Shown: in pieces, positions 8,901 through 16,690 of the stretch
Numbering within the stretch: the first letter of the stretch is position 1
How the letters are laid out: the number at the start of each line of letters is the position of its first letter
NCBI GenBank assembly: GCA_963674785.1
Contig: OY771555.1
Location: 1,664,001-1,728,000 of the forward strand
From: Caldisericia bacterium
GTDB lineage: Bacteria > Caldisericota > Caldisericia > JAAYUI01
DNA length: 64,000 bases
Direction: 5' to 3'
Position numbers and translations under genes: made by a program
Notes under the pieces: model-generated
Database searches by the model: none
Seen by the model: only the letters and a program-made list of their open reading frames with translations
What the model was told of the DNA's origin: nothing

Positions 8901-10333
8901 TTCACAGACATTTTTTTACCGGTATTGATTTTTAATTCGTCTTTTGATAGTTTTATCCATGATTTATTTGCAGAGAGTTCGTATGTTTGTGTTTCCTTTG
9001 AATCATTTTTTATTTCAAGCTTTCTGGTGATTGTCTCTCCCAACTCAATACTACCAAAATCTATAGAGGTTGGATTAATACTTATATTTGGGAGCCCATA
9101 ACACTCTACGCTGTCTGTTGTCGTTACATAAACTTTTCCATCGTAAATTGCTGGTGATGTTGAATAAAGAGCAATTGAGCTTGAAGACCAAAGCTTGTCG
9201 CCAGTTTTTTTGTTGTATACACAGAATTCAAATCCGCTTGTAACATATAAGTAGTCTCCACATATTGATGGAGATGACATCGTGTAGTCTGAAGAATCTT
9301 CCCAAACCAACTCCCCAGTTTCGGCATTTATACACAGAAGTGAAAAATTGCTAAAAAAAGAGAAATCTGCGGCATCTGTGAGTGAGCCCGTTATGACATA
9401 CACATACTTACCATCAGTAGACGGTTTGTTCCAAACCTTTTCATCTGTTTTGTATTCCCATTTATAATCTTTGTCTTTGATATCGTAAGCGTAAAGATTT
9501 TTTTTGTCTGAGCCAACATATAGAACTCCATCGTGATATGTAAGAGATGATCCATAAAGATCTTTGTTTACTTTTTTCCCAGTGTGTGATGATCTTCCTG
9601 TGCTGGCGTCTATGCCCCTAATTTCACCCAACATATCGACGAAATAAAGAGAACCCCCACCCTTTGCCATCGAACATGCGGCAGGAGCATAAGATTGTTT
9701 CCATTTTTTTGTTCCGTTTTTGATAGAATATGAATAGTAGTTTCCGAAGGTGTCGTTAAAGTATGCTGTATCACCATTGCTTAAAGGGGATGCCAAAAGA
9801 AATACACTATCAGCCTTAAGTTTCCAATCAATTTTTCCTGTGGCGGCTTTATAGCAAACTGCATAGCATTTATCATTTATGGAAGACTCTTTCTCAATAT
9901 CTGGAGTGGTTAAATAAAGAACTCTTCCATTATCATAAACTGGAGTTGTATTACTTCCGTATCCAGTTACAAGATCGTCTTCCCAGATAACTTTTCCTGT
10001 ATCTGCATCCAAGCAATATGCATCACCTTTTTTTGAATCCCCATATTTTACTGTAGAAACAAAAACTTTGCCATCAGCGACGATTGGAGAACCAAAACCA
10101 AGATTCTCGTTAAAAGGCGTTGACCAAAGCTTTTTAAACTGCTTGAAGTCATTATCACTTGACGCCAATGGTCCACAGCTTTCATTTATTTCAGATGTTC
10201 TTTCAGGGTTGCAGCCAAACATCGGCCAATCACAAGTGATTTCTTTTGCTGTAGCTTTATTAAAACTGATTCCGCTACCAAAAATGAGCGACAGGACAAG
10301 CAAAAAGCACAAGATCGATTTAACAGGTTTCAT
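5939..10333 (-). CDS. Secreted/surface protein paralogous to 1502-5722 (PQQ propellers, BACON, Big_2, acidic insert, stalk domain)
   Basis: Signal peptide MKPVKSILCF; WPMFGCNPERT propeller start; same domain order as the neighbour; GGAGG SD. Confidence 0.87.
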   Translation of the reverse strand: MKPVKSILCFLLVLSLIFGSGISFNKATAKEITCDWPMFGCNPERTSEINESCGPLASSDNDFKQFKKLWSTPFNENLGFGSPIVADGKVFVSTVKYGDSKKGDAYCLDADTGKVIWEDDLVTGYGSNTTPVYDNGRVLYLTTPDIEKESSINDKCYAVCYKAATGKIDWKLKADSVFLLASPLSNGDTAYFNDTFGNYYSYSIKNGTKKWKQSYAPAACSMAKGGGSLYFVDMLGEIRGIDASTGRSSHTGKKVNKDLYGSSLTYHDGVLYVGSDKKNLYAYDIKDKDYKWEYKTDEKVWNKPSTDGKYVYVITGSLTDAADFSFFSNFSLLCINAETGELVWEDSSDYTMSSPSICGDYLYVTSGFEFCVYNKKTGDKLWSSSSIALYSTSPAIYDGKVYVTTTDSVECYGLPNISINPTSIDFGSIELGETITRKLEIKNDSKETQTYELSANKSWIKLSKDELKINTGKKMSVNVTLDYDRIPKDENILYGKITVKWDGNSKDISVDAYIKRPDDGSQGDFTECDGWNELNSDSYDSNSIDSPCAPISPVLDLEWEQKINTKDEIRNVYAFDNKIVLRGEDLYCHNLQTFKKRWNTTEEELAEDCSIVRHDGSIYFGTPEGISSVNQDTGRKTFEEIINDDLFNFTTIYTQPQPTVFDDTIYFTFENSLYAMPTSSKEAELIYTDEDAFVLETHPIVTDKYIIISNNGDTICLNKKTNKKEWSLNESDDYMYRGLAANEKYLFVNKAKKRTDEELENGKIENSTIACLDIKTKKEVWKTEFKSEIYSSFAVTEDALMFATHDGDVICTSLDKYVVKWKKHLSGTIQLDCIVTNGGLFVAASNEDDDFSTIYRLDIERMGDVTWKYDRLKGEPIGNIAIADGRVLVMTEGEGSQRIYNFKGAPIGDPAEIKIDEEKITIEIEDTLALDLSVKDENGYTIPNPELIFESSDEEICTVSEDGTIEAKAVGTCEITITIGTVKTTVSIEVVAEIDPEFETEVDFGLIDVDENPQIELVIQNKSIKPITVKLENECGWLSLDHDKFKMISKGSGMLVLSLESTELTLGAELQTKISVDWGYGTSEVLVKVKTKGPQASPNELELEELRLNEEFDFEDSILINNTASIWVDVTADTDAPWLTVKPEEFTLEKMKDEKLSVSINTEGLKLGKTYNGNVVLSWRKGGHIEIPITFVTPPDDVSPEIIDIEVGELVNASECEIRITTDEPCVVMVGEIEAIDPLAEPDEETVEEEDVDDESEDTDPDEVVEEPIDENDEIEPSDEITDPTIKDPVEDEDRSEYIYIATVPVEAAPSINEFEVIATDMSDNETRTSISVTNLYELVVTMQIGSNVMTVSGEDKSINPPPTVISGSTMVPVRAVSEAFGAEVEWVASTKSVIITLGDSTIILYVNSEDAMVNNESRKVSPAPQIVSGSTMLPFRFIAEALGAEVGWDGATKTITMTLKMEP
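5940..6424. repeat. Copy 2 of the 485-bp direct repeat
   Basis: Identical to 1503-1987. Confidence 0.93.
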
Positions 10334-10561
10334 AGATTCCTCCGGGATTTTTTGAGACTAAACATATCAGATTTGAAATATCAAAGAATTTCAAACAATA
10401 TTCACTTTTTTGACACCTAATCTAAGACTATTTATCCTCACTGACCTCCAATTGTCTTTAATGGTTTAAATACTACGACTCAATATAAGAAAATCAACCC
10501 AGGTAGATTCAAGTTATTAACAAACTGTAAATTTTTACAAAAAAATTGTTCGAATTGTTAT

Positions 10562-10598
10562 AAAAAAAGCGACCCACATACGCTAAGGGGTCGCTTTT
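10562..10598 (-). terminator. Intrinsic terminator of the rpoB-fusA2-rpoC operon
   Basis: AAAAGCGACCC...GGGTCGCTTTT stem followed by T7 on the minus strand. Confidence 0.85.
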
Positions 10599-10618
10599 GA
10601 TTTTAAAAAAAAATTCAA

Positions 10619-13600
10619 TTATGAAGCTGGGGTTTCCTCAACTTCCATTATTACCTGTTCATCATCGTTTTCATGTTCTGAGACCACTTCGTATCCAAGG
10701 TAGTCCTCGATACCCGTTCCCGATGGAATCAATTGACCAACAATAATAGCCTCTTTGAGACCATGGATTGGGTCAATCTTTCCTTCTGCGGCTGCTTTGG
10801 AAAGCACCCTTGGAGTTTCCTGGAAACTTGCGGCTGAAAGGAATGAATCTGACGTGATAGCTGATTTTGTTACCCTTTGAAGGACTGGCTCGAATGTTAC
10901 AGGTTTTTTATTCTGGCTTTCAAGCATTCTATTTACTTCTTCGACCTCGAGTTTGTCATGGATTTCCCTTGGAATAAGATCAGAATCACCAGGATCGTTG
11001 ATTTGTACACGCCTCAACAGCTGATGGATGATTATTTCAATATGTTTGTCGTTAATATCCTGACCTTGAGATTTGTAGACCTTCTGAATTGAGGTGATCA
11101 GGTATTTTTGAGTTGCATTCATACCTTTGATCCTAAGAAGTTCATGAGGGTCAACCGGACCATCTGAAAGGTTTTGTCCTGCTTCAATTTCATCACCATC
11201 TGCAACAAGAAGTCTGACAGTGTGTGGAAGCTTATATGTTTTCTTTGTATCATCTTTGCTTGTGATTGTTATGTTCACAATATCCTGTTCTTGTTCAAGA
11301 CTCACAACACCAGAGATATCAGAGATTGGTGCCTCACCTTTTGGTTTTCGGGCTTCAAAGAGCTCCTCAACCCTTGGAAGACCAGATGTAATATCTAATC
11401 CAGCAGCACCACCAGAGTGGAATGTTTTTAGTGTGAGCTGTGTTCCAGGTTCTCCGATTGATTGAGCGGCAACAACGCCAACAGCTTCACCCATATCAAC
11501 AAGGTTTCTTGTTGATAGGTCTCTGCCATAGCATTTTGCACAAACACCCATACCGCTCTTACATGTCATTGGTGATCTTACAACAACGTGTCTTATTCCA
11601 GATTTAACTATTTCTGTGACAGCCTTTTCATCAATAATTTCGTTGTAAGGAACAACGACTTCTGCTTTGCCATTTGCAACATTGATCTCTGTGTATCCGA
11701 GGGCTTTTGCTTTCTTAAGAGTTGTTGCAGAAATCTTGCTTCCAGCCTCGTAAATCACCTCATCACGATTCATGATGTCCTGGGCAAGTGTGTCGCCGAC
11801 GATTTTTTTGTCATCAACTGAATGAGTTTTGAACTTCCAAACTTTTATATCTTCGGCAGCAGTTCTACCAAGGATTCTCTCATCGAGTTCTTCTACTATA
11901 GAATTTTCATCATATAGAGGTGTAAGTGTGATTCCTGTGATTGAGTCAACAACAACTGCTTCTTTTACACCCGCATCATCCAATTCCATAGCTTTTTTAT
12001 ACGTAATCTTTTTCCCGGCTTTGACGATTACTTCGCCAGTTAATGGGTCGTTTATATCTTCGTGAGCCTTCTTACCAACGGCCTGAATTGAGATTGGTTT
12101 GATAACTTTGCCTGCAACTATGATTGGTTTGATAACACTTTCTGTGCAATCTCTTTCTCTGATGATGACATCATGAGATACATCAACAAGTCTTCTTGTG
12201 AGGTACCCAGCATCAGAGGTTCTAAGAGCTGTGTCAGCAAGTCCCTTTCTTGTTCCTGATGTTGAGATGAAATATTCGAGAATATCGAGACCCTCTTTGA
12301 AGTTCGATTTGATTGGGAACTCAATAATCTTATTTGTTGGGTCAGCCATCAGACCTTTCATTCCACAGAGCTGACTGAGCTGTCCGGGGCTTCCACGAGC
12401 GCCGGATGTAACCATCATGTGAATTGGGTCGCCATCTTTGAAGTAAGTAGAAACCTTCTCTTTAATATCATCGGAAGCATCACGCCAAAGATCAACTACA
12501 CTTTGGTATCTTTCATCTTCTGAGATGAGTCCCTGTTCGTAGTATTCAAAAATTGAGTCGATTTTTTTCTCATTGGCTTTGATGATCTCGTCTCTTGCGG
12601 GAGGGATTACTAGATCAGAAACGCTCATTGAAATTCCGCCAGCAGTTGCCCACTCGAAACCTGTTTCCTTGATTTTATCAAGCAAAACTGCGGTAACAGC
12701 AGAACCATTGAGCCTGAAGCACTCAAGAATCTGACTCCTAAGATTATTTTTTGTCATGGATTCATTGTAGTAGGGTAGATTCCATTTTCCTGTGTATGAG
12801 TCATCGTTTGCCTGTCGGTAGACTCGACCCCTGTGAGCAACAGTAGGTTCAAGGGCTTCTCTGATGATTCCGTTGTAAAGCGCTTGTCCAACTGATGTTG
12901 TAATTGTGGTGCCGTTTCTGTCTGTTACTTCGTAGAGTTTTCCGTTTTCTCTGTAAGATTCACCGTATGGAATTCTGAATTTGATTCCATCTCGAAGCTT
13001 GAAATATCCGTGGTTATAGGCGTTATTGATTTCGTAGAAGTTGTTATAGATTTTTTCATCTGGCTCGGTGGTTGGACCCATTGTAAGATAGTAAGAGCCG
13101 AGAATAATATCTTCCTGAGGCATCATGACGGGGTTACCAGATGCTGGTGAAAGAATGGATCTTGAAGAAAGCATTAGAACCCTTGTTTCCATCTGGGCAG
13201 AAAGTGTTAGAGGAACATGAACAGCCATCTGGTCACCGTCAAAGTCGGCGTTGAAAGGGTCACAGACAAGAGGTGGGATCTGGATAGCTTTTCCTTCGCA
13301 AAGGATTGGGTCGAATGCTTCGATTCCGAGTCTGTGAAGTGTTGGAGCACGGTTGAGTAGAACTGGATGACCTTTTACAACTTCTGAAAGAATCCTGTAA
13401 ACCTCAGGATTTCTTTGTTCAACCATCGATCTGGCTTGTCTTAAGCTCTGTGTTAAACCACTTCTTACGAGTCCTTCCATCACGAAAGGTTTGAAAAGCT
13501 CAAGAGCCATTTCCTTAGGGATGCCGCACTGGTCAATCTCGAGTCTCGGATTAACAACGATTACAGAACGACCTGAGTAGTCAACACGTTTTCCAAGGAG

Positions 13601-14572
13601 GTTCTGTCTAAATCGACCTTCTTTTCCTTTGAGGGTATCAGAAAGTGATTTAAGTGGTCTGTTTGCTGTACCAAGGATTGGTCTATCTCTTTTTGAGTTG
13701 TCAAAGAGTGCGTCAACTGATTCCTGAAGCATTCGTTTTTCATTCTGAATCATGATGTCAGGAGCTTTGACTTCCATGAGCTTTTTGAGTCTTGTATTTC
13801 TGTTGATAACTCTCTGGTAAAGATCATTAAGGTCGGCGGTTGCAAATCTTCCACCATCAAGCTGAAGAAGTGGTCTGAGGTCTGGTGGGATTACAGGGAT
13901 AACATCAAGTATCATGTTTGTTGGTGTACGATTTGTATCCTTAAACGCTTTGATAACCTTGAGTCTTTTGATTGCTTTGGCTTTTTTCTGTTTTGAGGTT
14001 TCTTCAAGAACTAAAAGAAGTTCCTCTTCAAGTTTGTCAAGATCGATTTCTGAAAGAAGATCGATGATTGCCTCAGCACCTTTTTTTGCAACAAAATCAT
14101 ATTGCCTACTGTACTCACGGTATTCTTCATCTGTGAGAAGTTGCATCTTCTTAAGTGGTGCATCCATTGGGTCAACAACGACATAATTGATGAAGTAAGC
14201 AATCTTTGTGAGGACTTTGCTGGTAACGTTCAAAAGAAGTGCGATATAATGAACTGTTTTGAGATACCATGTGTGAACAACAGGTGCTGCTAGCTCGATA
14301 TGTCCAAAGCGTTCACGTCGGACTTTGTTGATTGTTACCTCAACACCACATCTATCACAGATGACGCCCTTATATCTGGCACCCTTAAATTTACCACAGC
14401 GACATTCATAATCTCTCTGTGGTCCAAAAATCTTTTCACAGAAGAGTCCGTCTGGCTCTGGCTTGAAGTTTCTGTAAGAGATGGTCTCTGATTTTTTGAC
14501 CTCTCCATGACTCCAAGACCTAATCTCTTCTGGTGAGGCAAGCAGTATCCTTACTGCTGTGTTTTTCTCCAC
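10619..14572 (-). CDS. rpoC: DNA-directed RNA polymerase subunit beta-prime
   Basis: GTG start with GGAAGGGAG SD; CxCGK..CDRC zinc finger, NADFDGD catalytic motif, GRFRQNLLGKRVDYSGR, SIGEPGTQLT trigger loop. Confidence 0.99.
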   Translation of the reverse strand: MEKNTAVRILLASPEEIRSWSHGEVKKSETISYRNFKPEPDGLFCEKIFGPQRDYECRCGKFKGARYKGVICDRCGVEVTINKVRRERFGHIELAAPVVHTWYLKTVHYIALLLNVTSKVLTKIAYFINYVVVDPMDAPLKKMQLLTDEEYREYSRQYDFVAKKGAEAIIDLLSEIDLDKLEEELLLVLEETSKQKKAKAIKRLKVIKAFKDTNRTPTNMILDVIPVIPPDLRPLLQLDGGRFATADLNDLYQRVINRNTRLKKLMEVKAPDIMIQNEKRMLQESVDALFDNSKRDRPILGTANRPLKSLSDTLKGKEGRFRQNLLGKRVDYSGRSVIVVNPRLEIDQCGIPKEMALELFKPFVMEGLVRSGLTQSLRQARSMVEQRNPEVYRILSEVVKGHPVLLNRAPTLHRLGIEAFDPILCEGKAIQIPPLVCDPFNADFDGDQMAVHVPLTLSAQMETRVLMLSSRSILSPASGNPVMMPQEDIILGSYYLTMGPTTEPDEKIYNNFYEINNAYNHGYFKLRDGIKFRIPYGESYRENGKLYEVTDRNGTTITTSVGQALYNGIIREALEPTVAHRGRVYRQANDDSYTGKWNLPYYNESMTKNNLRSQILECFRLNGSAVTAVLLDKIKETGFEWATAGGISMSVSDLVIPPARDEIIKANEKKIDSIFEYYEQGLISEDERYQSVVDLWRDASDDIKEKVSTYFKDGDPIHMMVTSGARGSPGQLSQLCGMKGLMADPTNKIIEFPIKSNFKEGLDILEYFISTSGTRKGLADTALRTSDAGYLTRRLVDVSHDVIIRERDCTESVIKPIIVAGKVIKPISIQAVGKKAHEDINDPLTGEVIVKAGKKITYKKAMELDDAGVKEAVVVDSITGITLTPLYDENSIVEELDERILGRTAAEDIKVWKFKTHSVDDKKIVGDTLAQDIMNRDEVIYEAGSKISATTLKKAKALGYTEINVANGKAEVVVPYNEIIDEKAVTEIVKSGIRHVVVRSPMTCKSGMGVCAKCYGRDLSTRNLVDMGEAVGVVAAQSIGEPGTQLTLKTFHSGGAAGLDITSGLPRVEELFEARKPKGEAPISDISGVVSLEQEQDIVNITITSKDDTKKTYKLPHTVRLLVADGDEIEAGQNLSDGPVDPHELLRIKGMNATQKYLITSIQKVYKSQGQDINDKHIEIIIHQLLRRVQINDPGDSDLIPREIHDKLEVEEVNRMLESQNKKPVTFEPVLQRVTKSAITSDSFLSAASFQETPRVLSKAAAEGKIDPIHGLKEAIIVGQLIPSGTGIEDYLGYEVVSEHENDDEQVIMEVEETPAS

Positions 14573-14587
14573 GAGATACTCCCTTCC

Positions 14588-16672
14588 TTATGCCTGGTTC
14601 TCTTTTTCAAGTTTTGCTTTTGCGATGACTTCTTCAGAAAGTTTTGGAGGAGCAATTTCGTAGTGATCAAATTCCATGAAGAATGAGCCACGTCCACCTG
14701 TGATCTGGTTGAGGTCGATTGCATATCTCTGAACCTCATAAAGAGGTGCTTCAGCGCTGATGACCTGTGTTCCTGCTGAAACTTCAGAACCAAGAATTCT
14801 TCCTCTCTTTGAGGAAATATCACCCATGATATCACCCATGTACTGATCTGGGACTGTGATTGTCATCTTGTAGATTGGCTCAAGGATAACAACGGTTGAT
14901 TCTTCCATTGCTTTTCTATAGGCAAGGTTTGCAGCCATTTTGAATGCCATTTCTGATGAGTCAACGGCGTGGTATGAACCATCATCAACGTTTACGTGAA
15001 TATCAACAACTGGGAATCCAGCGAGTCTACCTTCAAGGATTGCTTCTCTCCAGCCCTTCTCGATTGCAGGAAGGTAGTTTTTTGGAATTGATCCACCAAA
15101 GATTGTTTCTGTGAACTTGAAACCTTCGCCTCTTGGCAATGGTTTAACTTCACACCAGCAATCACCAAACTGACCATGTCCACCTGTCTGTTTTTTGTGT
15201 CTTCCCTGAACTCTGACAGGTTTTGTGATTGTCTCTCTGTATGGGATTTTTGGAATCTCAAGACCAATGTTTACACCGAATTTTTCAGAAAGTTTCTGAA
15301 CAGATGCCTGAAGATGGGCTTCTCCAAGTCCGCCAAGGAGGGACTCTCTGGTGTCCTCTGTTCTTCTGTAGGAGAGACTTGGGTCTTCTTCGATGAGTTT
15401 CTTGATTGCAGTACCAATTTTGTCTTCGTCTGATTTGGTTTTTGCCTTCATACTCATCTCAAGAACTGGTCTTGGGAAGTCGATTTCTTCAATTTTGATT
15501 GAATTGGCTTTATCGGCAAGTGTGTCGTTTGTAAGGGTAACTGCAAGTTTTGTCAAAACACCAATGTCGCCTGCTGCAACAAAGTCAACTGCTTCCTGTT
15601 TTTTGCCAAATGGAACACCGATAGCACTGATTCTCTCTGGCTTATCTTTGTTAATGTTTATTGGTTTTGCATTTGAGTCCATTTTGCCAGTTACAACTTT
15701 GTAGTAACTAACTCTTCCAACAAATGGGTCTGCTGATGTTTTAAAGACAAGTGATGAAAGAGGTTTTCCTTCATCGTATGCAACTTCAATTTCTTTACCT
15801 GAGGTGTCTGTTGCTTTTTCTGCTGGTCTTGCGTCTGCTGATGGAAGAAGATTTACCACACCATCAAGAATGTTTGTGACACCGATATTGTTTGTGCTTG
15901 ATGCAGCAAAAATAGGATACACGAGTCCATCTTTAATGGCTTTATTTAAAGCAGAAATAAGCTGTTCTGGTGAAGGTTCTTTGTCTTCAAGATATGCTTC
16001 CATAAGTGCTTCGTCTGTCTCGACAACAACCTCAACAAGACTTGCATAATATTCATCACGTTTGGAAACGAGGTCTGCTGGGATGTCTTCGGCTTTCATT
16101 TTCTTGCCGTTGTCTGTGAATGTGTAGGCTTTTCCGGACACTACATCGATAACACCTTTGAAGTTCTCAGCCTCACCCCATGGGAATGTGAGAACCAGTG
16201 CTGATTTTGAAAGATTCTCTGTGATTCCTTCAAGAGCCTCGTCAAAGCTAGCATTTTCTCTATCCATTTTGTTGACGACAATAAATCTTGGAAGATTTCT
16301 GTCTTCACAGAGTTTCCACATCTTTTCAGTTCCAACCTGAACTCCGCCAAGAACGTCAACAAAAATCATTGCTGAATCTGCTGCTCTGATTCCTGAAAGA
16401 GCCTCGCCAAGAAAGTCAAAGAAACCGGGAGTGTCAATAATGTTGATCTTTGTGTTTTTGTGGACAACTGGAGCAACGGTCATGTTGATTGAAATGCCTC
16501 TTTTGATTTCCTCTGGATCAAAATCTGAAATCGTGTTTCCAGATGCGGTTGATCCCATTTTATCAATGGCACCAGAATTAAAAGCAGCTGCTTCAATCCA
16601 TGTTGTTTTACCGGCTCCACCGTGTGAGCAAAGCACTACGTTTCTAATGTCTTTTGTTTCAAATGTCTTCAT
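14588..16672 (-). CDS. fusA: Elongation factor G paralog (EF-G2 / EFG II type)
   Basis: Five-domain EF-G; G1 SHGGAGKTT (not AHIDAGKTT), effector RGISI (not RGITI), switch II DTPGF (not DTPGH), NKMD, HKKQTGGHGQFG, GSYHAVDSSEMAF. Confidence 0.95.
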   Translation of the reverse strand: MKTFETKDIRNVVLCSHGGAGKTTWIEAAAFNSGAIDKMGSTASGNTISDFDPEEIKRGISINMTVAPVVHKNTKINIIDTPGFFDFLGEALSGIRAADSAMIFVDVLGGVQVGTEKMWKLCEDRNLPRFIVVNKMDRENASFDEALEGITENLSKSALVLTFPWGEAENFKGVIDVVSGKAYTFTDNGKKMKAEDIPADLVSKRDEYYASLVEVVVETDEALMEAYLEDKEPSPEQLISALNKAIKDGLVYPIFAASSTNNIGVTNILDGVVNLLPSADARPAEKATDTSGKEIEVAYDEGKPLSSLVFKTSADPFVGRVSYYKVVTGKMDSNAKPININKDKPERISAIGVPFGKKQEAVDFVAAGDIGVLTKLAVTLTNDTLADKANSIKIEEIDFPRPVLEMSMKAKTKSDEDKIGTAIKKLIEEDPSLSYRRTEDTRESLLGGLGEAHLQASVQKLSEKFGVNIGLEIPKIPYRETITKPVRVQGRHKKQTGGHGQFGDCWCEVKPLPRGEGFKFTETIFGGSIPKNYLPAIEKGWREAILEGRLAGFPVVDIHVNVDDGSYHAVDSSEMAFKMAANLAYRKAMEESTVVILEPIYKMTITVPDQYMGDIMGDISSKRGRILGSEVSAGTQVISAEAPLYEVQRYAIDLNQITGGRGSFFMEFDHYEIAPPKLSEEVIAKAKLEKENQA

Positions 16673-16690
16673 ATAAAATTCCTTCCTTGG

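Noticed and set aside
5858-10562. Rex-like operators (TTGTAAA..TTTTAAA at ~5858; TGTAAA-TT-TTTACA at ~10527)
   Set aside because: Too many mismatches or wrong spacing relative to TTGTGAA-N4-TTCACAA in a very AT-rich background
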